Below, piece after piece: positions 1 to 8,970 of a DNA stretch of 64,000 nucleotides (the first letter of the stretch is position 1; the number at the start of each line of letters is the position of its first letter). The notes below the pieces were generated by a model, which saw only the letters and a program-made list of their open reading frames with translations, was not told the origin of the DNA and searched no databases. The DNA comes from an uncultured Candidatus Saccharibacteria bacterium (GTDB lineage Bacteria; Patescibacteriota; Dojkabacteria; SC72): the NCBI GenBank assembly GCA_964655705.1, contig CAZZPP010000004.1, positions 15,338 through 79,337 of the forward strand. The letters run 5' to 3'. A program made the translations under genes and the position numbers.

Positions 1-1183
1 CCATCTCATCGAATTTCTGAGTCCCCTCTACGGCATTCTCCTGAGCATACCCTGTTAATGTTAGTACCTCCTTGGCTATCCATTCAGATTCAGCATCTTC
101 ACTACCAGCTGTAATTAAATTTACGATATCATCATCAATTTCGAAAGAACCCTTGGCAATTAGCCTTTTGTCAATCTTCTGAGTCACTTCCAATCTATAT
201 GGATTGTTATTCTTGATTAATGTATATGCACTATCTAATATCTTTTGATGTGATCGATAGTTCTCAGTAAGTACTACCTCTTTAGATTTAGGATAGTACT
301 GTTTAAATTGCAAAATATTTGATATGGCTGCACCCCTAAATTTGTATATAGCCTGATCATCATCTCCAACTACAGTAAGATTAGGGTTTACTTTTCCAAT
401 CTTGTTCAGATCATTTTTTGGGTCTAAACCCCCTAAGATATTTACTAAGACACTCTGCGTATAGTTAGTATCTTGAAACTCATCAACCAATATGTATTTG
501 AACTTCTCTTGATATCTTTTTAAAACATTCGGTTTCTTTCTAAAAAGATCTATTGTTAGAAGAATTAAATCCCCGAAATCTATCTTAGAGTTCTGTATCT
601 TTAACTTTGTATACTCATCATATACAGTAGCCAATTCTAAAGTATCCTCATACTCCTCTTTGTTAGCTTTCCCAGATCTAGACAATGATCTTGCGTACTC
701 CATATATTCACTAGGTAAAACATCCTCATCTTGGAGTCTCGAGAAGTGTGCTAGTAAATCATCTATGAATTTTGTTGGATTCCCATATGGTCTAAATTTT
801 TTTAATGAAAGATCAAAAAGATGCTTCCTCAAAAATATATATGACTGCGCAGAAGACATCATTTCATAATTAGAGTCTAATCCAATATTGTAACCCTCTT
901 GTTTAAGTATCCGATCACAAAAGGAATGAAATGTAGAAATCCAAATATCTCCATACCCCAAGGGTAAACTGTCATCAACCCTATCTAGCATCTCCTGAGC
1001 TGCCTTGTCTGTAAATGTTAAAGCCAGTATCTCGTGAGGCTTAGCCCAACCACTATTAATGATGTGTGCAATCCTTTGGGTAATTACCGCTGTTTTACCA
1101 GTACCTGCCCCAGCAATTATTAATAGCGGACCCTTTTTATGCTCTACAGCTAATTTCTGCTTCTCATTTAAGTTAATATTCAT
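1..1183 (-). CDS. UvrD/PcrA/Rep-family ATP-dependent DNA helicase (runs off window start)
   Basis: Manual translation from ATG at 1183 (ATGA overlap with nfo stop) gives MNINLNEKQKLAVEHKKGPLLIIAGAGTGKT, then ALTFTDKAA, STFHSFC, LVDEFQDTN, VGDDDQAIYKFRGA, ENYRS: SF1A helicase motifs. Confidence 0.95.
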   Translation of the reverse strand, partial: MNINLNEKQKLAVEHKKGPLLIIAGAGTGKTAVITQRIAHIINSGWAKPHEILALTFTDKAAQEMLDRVDDSLPLGYGDIWISTFHSFCDRILKQEGYNIGLDSNYEMMSSAQSYIFLRKHLFDLSLKKFRPYGNPTKFIDDLLAHFSRLQDEDVLPSEYMEYARSLSRSGKANKEEYEDTLELATVYDEYTKLKIQNSKIDFGDLILLTIDLFRKKPNVLKRYQEKFKYILVDEFQDTNYTQSVLVNILGGLDPKNDLNKIGKVNPNLTVVGDDDQAIYKFRGAAISNILQFKQYYPKSKEVVLTENYRSHQKILDSAYTLIKNNNPYRLEVTQKIDKRLIAKGSFEIDDDIVNLITAGSEDAESEWIAKEVLTLTGYAQENAVEGTQKFDEM

Positions 1184-2049
1184 TCTGCTATTTTTTTTAA
1201 TTGAGATATTTCCTCTATTGCTGTAGAAGGACTTTTTAATGCAGGAGTTTCTAAAATGAAAGGTATTTTTTTAAACTCCTCCCTATTTAAGATATTGTAC
1301 ATACCCTTCTCTCCAATCTTACCCTTACCTAAATTTGCATGCCTATCTTTGTTTGATCCTAACTCTGCCATAGAGTCATTAATATGTATTGATTTAACTC
1401 TGCTAAAATTTAGAGTCTCGCCAATCTCTCCTACAACACTATCAATATCATTAACCCAATCATATCCAGCAGCATATGTATGTTGAGTATCTAAAACATA
1501 CCCTATCCTGCCTTTTCCTTTGCACCCATCTCTAATTATTTTTAACTCTGTAAAACTCCTACCTAAGTTACCACCCGTACCAGCAGTGCTTTCAATTAAC
1601 AACCATTGAGTACCACCTACCTCATCTAACACCCAATCTATACCTTGAGATATTCTCTCCATACTATCTTCGTAGTTTAATTCTTTTTGAGACCCTGGAT
1701 GAAAACATACACCAAGTATCTCAACATCTAAACTATTCTTCCTAATTAACTCTCCAACCCTATTTGCAAAATCTAGATATACTACTAGACCCATTTTACC
1801 TAAATGAAAGAGTTGCTTATCACTTCTTGCTAGATTAGTAAGATATATGCCATGAATTAATATCTTCTTCACTTTAGATGTTTTTAATACCTCAACAAAT
1901 CTCTCAATACTCTCTTGTTCAATACTTTTAGTAGCCCATCTCATAGGGGGAGTAGGCATAATCTGTATGCTATTAATTCCATACCTATCTCCCTGCTTTA
2001 TTGAATTTTCTATGCCTCCTGCACTAGACACATGTGCTCCTAAATACAT
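1180..2049 (-). CDS. nfo: Endonuclease IV (AP endonuclease)
   Basis: LGAHVSSAGG, HPGS, ESTAG, DTQH, HINDS, DRHANLG, ILETP motifs. Confidence 0.93.
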   Translation of the reverse strand: MYLGAHVSSAGGIENSIKQGDRYGINSIQIMPTPPMRWATKSIEQESIERFVEVLKTSKVKKILIHGIYLTNLARSDKQLFHLGKMGLVVYLDFANRVGELIRKNSLDVEILGVCFHPGSQKELNYEDSMERISQGIDWVLDEVGGTQWLLIESTAGTGGNLGRSFTELKIIRDGCKGKGRIGYVLDTQHTYAAGYDWVNDIDSVVGEIGETLNFSRVKSIHINDSMAELGSNKDRHANLGKGKIGEKGMYNILNREEFKKIPFILETPALKSPSTAIEEISQLKKIAE

Positions 2050-2118
2050 AGTGTATTCTAAAGCAAATTTATATCTTTATCTACCCTTGGGTATGATATA
2101 ATTGTTGACATTATATAT

Positions 2119-2207
2119 GGAGAGGTGCCTGAGTGGTCGAAAGGAACTCACTGCTAACGAGTCGTAGATCTAAAAGTCTACCGCGGGTTCGAATCCCGCC
2201 CTCTCCG
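2119..2207 (+). tRNA. tRNA-Ser(GCT)
   Basis: GGAGAGG/CCTCTCC acceptor stem, G73, CT-GCT-AA loop, long variable arm, GGTTCGAATCC T arm; CCA not encoded. Confidence 0.95.
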
Positions 2208-2242
2208 TTCTGATTTATCTTTTTAGACGTCAGCCCTATTCC

Positions 2243-3880
2243 TTGAATATGGACAAAGTACTTGTTTTTTGCAAAAACATAATTCACACTATTTGGACAA
2301 TACCAATGGTGCTCTTTGTTGGATTCTTCTTCGCTATATATCTTCTTCTCTCTGACTCTTCTGTATCAAAAGAACCTGCACAGAAACCAAAGACGAATGT
2401 TACAAACCTTTCACAAATTGAGAAACCCAGTTACATCATATTCGAAACAAATATTGATACAGATTTAGAGATATTCCCATTAGACTATGATTACATAATT
2501 AGCAGTTTAGACATATCTCTTACCCAACATCAAAAAATGTCACTACTACTGTACGGAGAATCCGAGAGTAGAAGTACATTAACAAGCATCCAAGAAGGAT
2601 ATATCGAACTAATTAAAAAAGATATCCCAATATTAATACCTAAGCAGTATATTAAAAAATACATTGATGAGGAAATTGAGAGATACTCCGTTAAACTAAA
2701 TCAGGTTCCCATCCAACTCCAAGATATTCAATGCAACATATCCCCTACATTCAATAGCCCCTATCAAAAATATATATGGGAAGAGATGGAGAAAACCGAA
2801 TTCTCAAAGGAGAATGAGGATGATGGTAAAGATACCAAAGAGGTGTTTACAACCACTAACTTCTATCTAGACCTCTATAGCGAGGATATTAATAGTGCTC
2901 TGTATAAAATGAGGGTGTTAAAAGCTCTCTCGGATACAATTGATGATACAACCTTTTTAAGTGATTTTCTAAATGATCTGTTAATATACAATCAAGATAG
3001 GAGTGATACAAATACCATAGGAAGAATCTCTCAAGTGTTAGGCGATATAATCTCATGTTCTGAAAGTAATAGAGATGATCCTCTCTATTGGAAGATTTCA
3101 ATAATTGATGGGAAATCATATCTCTTTCCTGTATATCTTTCCAAAGAGTATCCCGTTGAAGATAACAATTTTAATATTGACTACGACATTACACCCCTAG
3201 AACAATCCAGAAATTCAGTACGCGTTCCAATATTAATGTACCACCACATCAACCCAGTACCCTCCACAGCCTCAAGATTTACTTCGGGCCTCTATGTATC
3301 TCCAGATGTTTTCGAGAAACAGTTGGCATACTTAGTAAAGAAGAATTACAAAAGTCTAACCTCTCAAGAATTCTACACTCTGCTTTCTACAGGTAAAAAT
3401 CCCTCGCAAAAGAGTCTAATGCTTACATTCGATGATGGGACTACGGGACAATATACGAATGGATTCCCTTTACTGAAAAAATATGGCCTAGTAGGAATCT
3501 TCTACATTCCCTCAAGCAAGTCTTCAATAACATACAATCAACTCAGGGAAATGGCTAAGGCTGGAATGATTATTGAATCACACTCCGCAACACATATCGA
3601 TTTGGCAAAAGAAAACAATCCTCAGAGACTATACTCAGAAATCGTAGGAAGTCGGTATACATTAAGAAATGCTACCGGACAACCTGTAATTACAATTTCC
3701 TATCCTGGATGTGTTGCTGACTCTCAAACCTACCCCTATGTATCTCAAGCTGGATATCTGTTAGGAGTAAGCTGTGGTAAATCTATAGATCACTATTTCA
3801 AGAAAAGACTCTCTCTTTCTAGAGTTCATGTCTTTAACAGTGTCGAAAATCTAAAGGATATACTTTCTGGAAAACCATAG
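2243..3880 (+). CDS. Membrane-anchored polysaccharide deacetylase (CE4/NodB domain, C-terminal)
   Basis: N-terminal TM; VPILMYHH, LTFDDG, ESHSATH, SYPG motifs. Confidence 0.88.
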   Translation: MNMDKVLVFCKNIIHTIWTIPMVLFVGFFFAIYLLLSDSSVSKEPAQKPKTNVTNLSQIEKPSYIIFETNIDTDLEIFPLDYDYIISSLDISLTQHQKMSLLLYGESESRSTLTSIQEGYIELIKKDIPILIPKQYIKKYIDEEIERYSVKLNQVPIQLQDIQCNISPTFNSPYQKYIWEEMEKTEFSKENEDDGKDTKEVFTTTNFYLDLYSEDINSALYKMRVLKALSDTIDDTTFLSDFLNDLLIYNQDRSDTNTIGRISQVLGDIISCSESNRDDPLYWKISIIDGKSYLFPVYLSKEYPVEDNNFNIDYDITPLEQSRNSVRVPILMYHHINPVPSTASRFTSGLYVSPDVFEKQLAYLVKKNYKSLTSQEFYTLLSTGKNPSQKSLMLTFDDGTTGQYTNGFPLLKKYGLVGIFYIPSSKSSITYNQLREMAKAGMIIESHSATHIDLAKENNPQRLYSEIVGSRYTLRNATGQPVITISYPGCVADSQTYPYVSQAGYLLGVSCGKSIDHYFKKRLSLSRVHVFNSVENLKDILSGKP

Positions 3881-3922
3881 TATATTAATATATACTGTAT
3901 ATATAAATTCATAAAATAATAT

Positions 3923-4321
3923 ATGAAATACATATATCTATATATTATCCTCTTAGTAATATTTCTAGTAATAGATTTAATATGGCTTAACTATATTGCC
4001 AAAGACCTCTATCAAAAAGAGATAGGTACTCTGTTACTAAAAAACCCCAAACTACTCCCTGCTATACTCTTCTACTCCCTCTTTATTGTAGCAATCATAA
4101 TACTAGCAGTTATACCAGGTATAGAAGCAAAGTCTTTGTGTAAAACATTACTACTTGGAGCAGTATTAGGATTTATATCCTACGGTACATATGATTTTAC
4201 TAACTTAGCCACACTAAATAACTGGAGTGTTAAAGTCACCATTATTGATTTAATCTGGGGAACCTCTATTACAACAGCTATGTCATACTTCGGATATTTA
4301 ATAGGTAGTAAAATACTGTAA
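3923..4321 (+). CDS. DUF2177-like small membrane protein
   Basis: IDLIWL...YGTYDFTNLATLNNW...IDLIWG pattern, about 4 TMs. Confidence 0.8.
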   Translation: MKYIYLYIILLVIFLVIDLIWLNYIAKDLYQKEIGTLLLKNPKLLPAILFYSLFIVAIIILAVIPGIEAKSLCKTLLLGAVLGFISYGTYDFTNLATLNNWSVKVTIIDLIWGTSITTAMSYFGYLIGSKIL

Positions 4322-4329
4322 CTAAATAT

Positions 4330-4617
4330 ATGGAGGATACTAAAGGAAAAAATTTCGCTATTAGTCTATCAATAACCCTAGGTACAATAGTAATAGGTTT
4401 AGTAAGTTACATCTTCTATACCTCTACGGCTATTTCTAAAAAGGAAGCCCCCAGATGTGAATACAATGGGTGGGCATATGCAGATAAAGAGATTTTTGAT
4501 TCTGCGGATGGTTGTAATACCTGTTTCTGCCACTTAGGAGAAACAATATGTACAACAAACGAGTGTTTAGATATCAGCGAACAGGAAATTCCTTTAGAAG
4601 ACGGCGAAAATATTTAA
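4330..4617 (+). CDS. Small membrane-anchored Cys-rich protein (VWC/pacifastin-like)
   Basis: One TM followed by CEYNG...DGCNTCFCHLGETICTTNEC. Confidence 0.7.
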   Translation: MEDTKGKNFAISLSITLGTIVIGLVSYIFYTSTAISKKEAPRCEYNGWAYADKEIFDSADGCNTCFCHLGETICTTNECLDISEQEIPLEDGENI

Positions 4618-4636
4618 ATTAATATTTTTATCTATC

Positions 4637-5398
4637 ATGGACAAATTAAAGGGAAAGATAGGTTCAATTAAAATCCTAATCGTTATCCTTTTGTGTATAC
4701 TCTTTCTTGCAGTGGGATACTATTTAGTATTTACACTAAAAGTATTTAGAAAGAGTACAAATGAACAAGAGACATATAATGATGTAACTGGGCAAGATAC
4801 AGAATCTGAACTGGAAAATAATGGAAATGTTGAATTTATCCTCTTTGAAGGAGAACACATTTCTGCGTCACTCCCAACAAGCTGGAGAATAGAAGAGTAT
4901 GTAGATGGTCAAGGAAGCACTATGTTAACTCCAGGAGAAACATACTCTGGGTTAACAGGATTAAAAATATACAAAGAGGATACTCTACTCTTTTCTATGC
5001 AGGCAGTATCAGGCTTAGGATTTTCCGGATGTCCGAATTATGCAAGATTTCCTGATGAGAGTAAGGAGTACTATGAACAAACTCTAATTGATAATGAAGT
5101 AAGTGGCCAGGAGTTAAATATCCAAGACTTTACCTCTTCGTCATATTCTGAATTTGAATGGTTAGGCGTATCTTTCAGAAGAGTCGGTAACACATACGTT
5201 TATGATACCATCTCTGGAAATGATTACTTTGAGTCCTCATGTGTATTTACTTTAGTTTCGTTCTATGATTTAACCACATACAGGATTGATGGGAAGTATG
5301 GATCATCTGCATATGATTTTGGTGCTACCCAATCTGCTACTACATCAGACTTAGAAACAATTGATGATATTTTAGATAGTATGGCTTTACTTTATTAA
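4637..5398 (+). CDS. Hypothetical membrane-anchored extracytoplasmic protein
   Basis: Basic N-terminus, single TM, acidic Ser/Thr-rich ectodomain. Confidence 0.7.
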   Translation: MDKLKGKIGSIKILIVILLCILFLAVGYYLVFTLKVFRKSTNEQETYNDVTGQDTESELENNGNVEFILFEGEHISASLPTSWRIEEYVDGQGSTMLTPGETYSGLTGLKIYKEDTLLFSMQAVSGLGFSGCPNYARFPDESKEYYEQTLIDNEVSGQELNIQDFTSSSYSEFEWLGVSFRRVGNTYVYDTISGNDYFESSCVFTLVSFYDLTTYRIDGKYGSSAYDFGATQSATTSDLETIDDILDSMALLY

Positions 5399-5427
5399 TT
5401 GACATCTAAGATATACAAATGTATATT
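5399..5427 (+). promoter_or_regulatory. Sigma70 promoter of the major pilin
   Basis: TTGACA-N17-TATATT about 30 nt before the pilin ATG. Confidence 0.75.
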
Positions 5428-5459
5428 AAATATATATTTAAATTTTATTTATTTACTTT

Positions 5460-5921
5460 ATGAAGGGTAAAAAGTATCAAGGATTCTCCCTTATAGAAAT
5501 CCTCGTAGTAGTAGCCTTAATCGTTATCTTGGCTACAATTACAATCGTTGCAATTAACCCTGCAAAGAACTTTAGAGATACGAGAAATGCTCAGAGAAGT
5601 GCAGACATTATGCAGATTCTTAATGCAGTAACTCAGTATACCTCTGAGCAAGGACATGCACTTTCTGACTTAGGAACAATTGCAACATGTACTGCTGTGC
5701 CTGGAGAGGGAACAGAAATTGGAACAGGAGAAGGTCAGTTAAATCTTACAGGGGCTCCACTTGTAGATGAATATATCGTTGCAATACCAGAAGATCCAAG
5801 CAACAAGCCAACTACTCCGAAATTCTATACTATTTGTCAAACATCTACAGGAAGGATCGAGGTATCCGCTGTAGCAGAAAGGGATAACGGAGCAACAGAG
5901 GTAATTACAGTAAAGAGATAA
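5460..5921 (+). CDS. Type IV major pilin
   Basis: Class III signal KKYQG|FSLIEILVVV, AINP...RNAQRSAD, Cys pair; own consensus promoter. Confidence 0.9.
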   Translation: MKGKKYQGFSLIEILVVVALIVILATITIVAINPAKNFRDTRNAQRSADIMQILNAVTQYTSEQGHALSDLGTIATCTAVPGEGTEIGTGEGQLNLTGAPLVDEYIVAIPEDPSNKPTTPKFYTICQTSTGRIEVSAVAERDNGATEVITVKR

Positions 5922-5988
5922 CTGTTAGAAAAAAGGTTTTTATATATATAAAGTGAATATCAGATAGCCTAAAACTATCCGAACTGCC

Positions 5989-7416
5989 ATGGTAGAGCTT
6001 TTAAAACTCGCAGACGATGTAGTCAAAAAAAAGATAAATGTATCCAATTTTTTGGACATACTAATATTAGATGCACTAAGGAAAAAGGCATCTGATATTC
6101 ACATTGAGGCAAAAGATAACAAGACACTACTAATCAGATACAGAATAGACGGTGTACTCCGTGACATTATTCCCCTAGGTCCTGAAATGAGAGATAGTTT
6201 CCTCTTTATCATTAAAGTAAGAGCTAAATTAAGAACAGATATACATTTTGCACCACAAGATGGAAAGATTCTTTTTAATGTTAAGAAGGAAGCAATTGAC
6301 CCAGTAAAGGAAGAAGCTGTAAAAGAAAAAATAGAGGTTAAAGAAGAAAAAAAAGAAGAAAAAAAAGAAGAAAAGAAAGAAGGAAAAAAGAAGAAAGGAA
6401 AAGAAGAAGAAATAGAAGAAAAGAAAGAAGAAAGTAAAAATCTTCTAGAAAAAGTATCACAAACAAACATAGCCGAAAAAGACTACTACAATGTAGATGC
6501 AAGAATTTCCATATTACCAGTTACACATGGAGAGAAAGTAGTAATCCGATTACTCTCTCAAGCAAATAGAGGGTATGGATTAATGGACTTAGGATTTGAA
6601 GAAGAAGATTTAATAAAGCTTGAGAAAGCATATAGACAACCATTTGGACTATTCTTAGTTACAGGTCCTACTGGAAGTGGAAAGACTACTACACTCTACT
6701 CTGTGCTTAAGATTCTAAATACTAGGGATGTAAATATAACGACAATTGAGGACCCAGTTGAGTATAGTATAGAAGGAGTAAATCATATACAAATAAATCC
6801 TAAAGGAGATCTAACATTTGCAAATGGTTTAAGGTCTGTACTCAGACAAGACCCAAATATAATAATGGTTGGAGAGATTAGAGATAAAGAAACTGCAAGA
6901 ATTACTGTTAACTCAGCACTTACTGGACACTTAGTACTTTCAACAGTACACGCAAATGATGCAGTAAGTACAATCCCAAGACTCATTGATATGGGTATTG
7001 AGCCCTTCTTAGTTGCTTCAACTTTAAATATTGTAATTACTCAAAGACTCGCTCGAAGACTATGTCCTCATTGTAAAAAAGAGTATTCCCCAAGTAGAGA
7101 TGTTGCCCACAAAGAGATGGTAAAACTTAGACCTGATATTCAAAAACATCTAGCAAATATTCCTAAAATGTATAAAGCAGTAGGATGTAAGGAATGTAAT
7201 AACACGGGATATGCAGGAAGAATTGGGATATATGAAATCCTTTCAATGACAAAAGCTGTAAGAGATGTCATTATCAGCAACCCAAACTCAGACGATATCC
7301 TTGCTGTTGCTAAAAAAGGAGGCTTTAGATTAATGATCGAAGATGGTGTTAAGAAATTAAAAAATGGAGATATTGATATTAAAGAATTAGCAAGAGTTAT
7401 TGCAATAAAAGAGTAA
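5989..7416 (+). CDS. pilB: Type IV pilus assembly ATPase (PilB/GspE family)
   Basis: ASDIHIE, RYRIDG, GPTGSGKTTT, TIEDPVEY, LRQDPNIIMVGEIRD, tetra-Cys motif. Confidence 0.93.
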   Translation: MVELLKLADDVVKKKINVSNFLDILILDALRKKASDIHIEAKDNKTLLIRYRIDGVLRDIIPLGPEMRDSFLFIIKVRAKLRTDIHFAPQDGKILFNVKKEAIDPVKEEAVKEKIEVKEEKKEEKKEEKKEGKKKKGKEEEIEEKKEESKNLLEKVSQTNIAEKDYYNVDARISILPVTHGEKVVIRLLSQANRGYGLMDLGFEEEDLIKLEKAYRQPFGLFLVTGPTGSGKTTTLYSVLKILNTRDVNITTIEDPVEYSIEGVNHIQINPKGDLTFANGLRSVLRQDPNIIMVGEIRDKETARITVNSALTGHLVLSTVHANDAVSTIPRLIDMGIEPFLVASTLNIVITQRLARRLCPHCKKEYSPSRDVAHKEMVKLRPDIQKHLANIPKMYKAVGCKECNNTGYAGRIGIYEILSMTKAVRDVIISNPNSDDILAVAKKGGFRLMIEDGVKKLKNGDIDIKELARVIAIKE

Positions 7417-8519
7417 TGGAGAAAAAAACTGGAGACAAAAAACAATCAAGGGAAGAAGAATTCAAGAAATTAAAGAGGATAAAAGTGTCTACCTCAAATC
7501 TACTAATATCTATTAAATCCTTTTCTGCCCTACTTAAGGCAAGTATCCCTTTATCTGAAGCAGTAAAAACTATTGCAGAGCAATCTAGTGATCCCAATTT
7601 AAATAGAATATACAAATATGTAGGAGAAGAGGTAGATAAAGGGCTTACGATGGCACAAGCTATGAGACTTTTTCCGAAAGTATTTCCAGAAACCGTTTCA
7701 GCTGTAGTTGAAGCTGGCGAGTTAGGTGGTTCCTTAGAAACAAATCTTATGTTTATTGCGGAGACAATAAAGAAAGAGTGGGAACTAAAAAAGAAATTAA
7801 AGGGAGCAATAATATACCCTATTATTATCATTAGTATGACTGCCTTTATGTTTTTAGGAATGATCTTTATTGTTTTCCCAAAATTAGAAGTTCTCTTTGA
7901 AGCCTTTGAGAATGTTCCCGCTACTACCAAATTCATAATTAATGCTGCAACCAGTATTAGAACATATTGGTATGTATTACTTGGAGGTATTATATTACTG
8001 ATAGGGGGTATAATGCTTTACTTAAGAACAAAATCAGGTAAAAGATTTTCTGGATGGTTAGCCTTAAATTTCCCGATCTTAAAGAAGCTTTTTAAAAGTA
8101 ATATCCTAGCATCGTTTTCAAGAACATTAAGTGTCCTTTTAACAAGTGGAATACCGCTAACTAAGTCATTAGAGATTTCTACATCAACTACAAGTAATAG
8201 TAGATACTCTGAAGTATTACAAAAGGTTTGTAAAACTATTGAGAACGGGAAAGACCTCTCTATTTCTCTATCAGAATACCCTGAATTTTTTAATACCTCC
8301 TATGTAAAAATGATTGATGTAGGAGAGATTAGTGGTACCCTAGAAGACAATTTAATGTACTTACATGAGTATTACTCAGATGAAGTAACTGAGATGAGTA
8401 ACAACATAGTTACTTTCATAGAACCCCTACTTCTGATTTTAGTTGGAGCAGTAATTGGTCTTTTAGGAGTAACAATCCTTCTTCCAATTTATCAACTAAT
8501 GGGAACAATAAATGGTTAA
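7416..8519 (+). CDS. pilC: Type IV pilus platform protein (PilC/GspF family)
   Basis: Two T2SSF repeats (AGELGGSL...YP; VGEISGTL...IEP), TM segments. Confidence 0.92.
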   Translation: MEKKTGDKKQSREEEFKKLKRIKVSTSNLLISIKSFSALLKASIPLSEAVKTIAEQSSDPNLNRIYKYVGEEVDKGLTMAQAMRLFPKVFPETVSAVVEAGELGGSLETNLMFIAETIKKEWELKKKLKGAIIYPIIIISMTAFMFLGMIFIVFPKLEVLFEAFENVPATTKFIINAATSIRTYWYVLLGGIILLIGGIMLYLRTKSGKRFSGWLALNFPILKKLFKSNILASFSRTLSVLLTSGIPLTKSLEISTSTTSNSRYSEVLQKVCKTIENGKDLSISLSEYPEFFNTSYVKMIDVGEISGTLEDNLMYLHEYYSDEVTEMSNNIVTFIEPLLLILVGAVIGLLGVTILLPIYQLMGTING

Positions 8520-8970
8520 TAATATCAAAGAGAAAAAGTTAAAAGGTTTTTCATTACTCGAAATAATTGTAACTTTGGGTATTATGATGCTTTTTGCTGG
8601 TATAGTTTTTCCTGTTGGTGTAAATAAAAGTCAGAAAACAAAATTAGAAAGCTATGCTTCTCAACTAGTTACTGATATATACTACCAACAACAGAGAAGT
8701 TCTTTTAAGGATATTTCAACGGGCGTCTCTTTAGGAGTAAATACATATACTCTCTTTGATGGGGAGTCTCTTTCCACTGCATTAGATACAGATTTAAGAA
8801 AGTATCCTGCAAATATTAGAATTACTTCAATAGCTCTTACTGCTTCAAATGAAATTTTTTTTCCAGCAGGAGAATTCAAACCCAGCGTATACGGAACATT
8901 ACTTTTAACAGATGGAACTAACATAGTAGAAGTATATATAAATAGGGAGGGATTAATAGGATATGAGTAA
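8512..8970 (+). CDS. Minor pilin (FimT/GspH-like)
   Basis: KG|FSLLEIIV N-terminus. Confidence 0.82.
   Translation: MVNNIKEKKLKGFSLLEIIVTLGIMMLFAGIVFPVGVNKSQKTKLESYASQLVTDIYYQQQRSSFKDISTGVSLGVNTYTLFDGESLSTALDTDLRKYPANIRITSIALTASNEIFFPAGEFKPSVYGTLLLTDGTNIVEVYINREGLIGYE

Noticed and set aside
6330-6440. Frameshift or pseudogene at the A-rich tract in pilB
   Set aside because: The frame stays open and conserved motifs resume afterwards.
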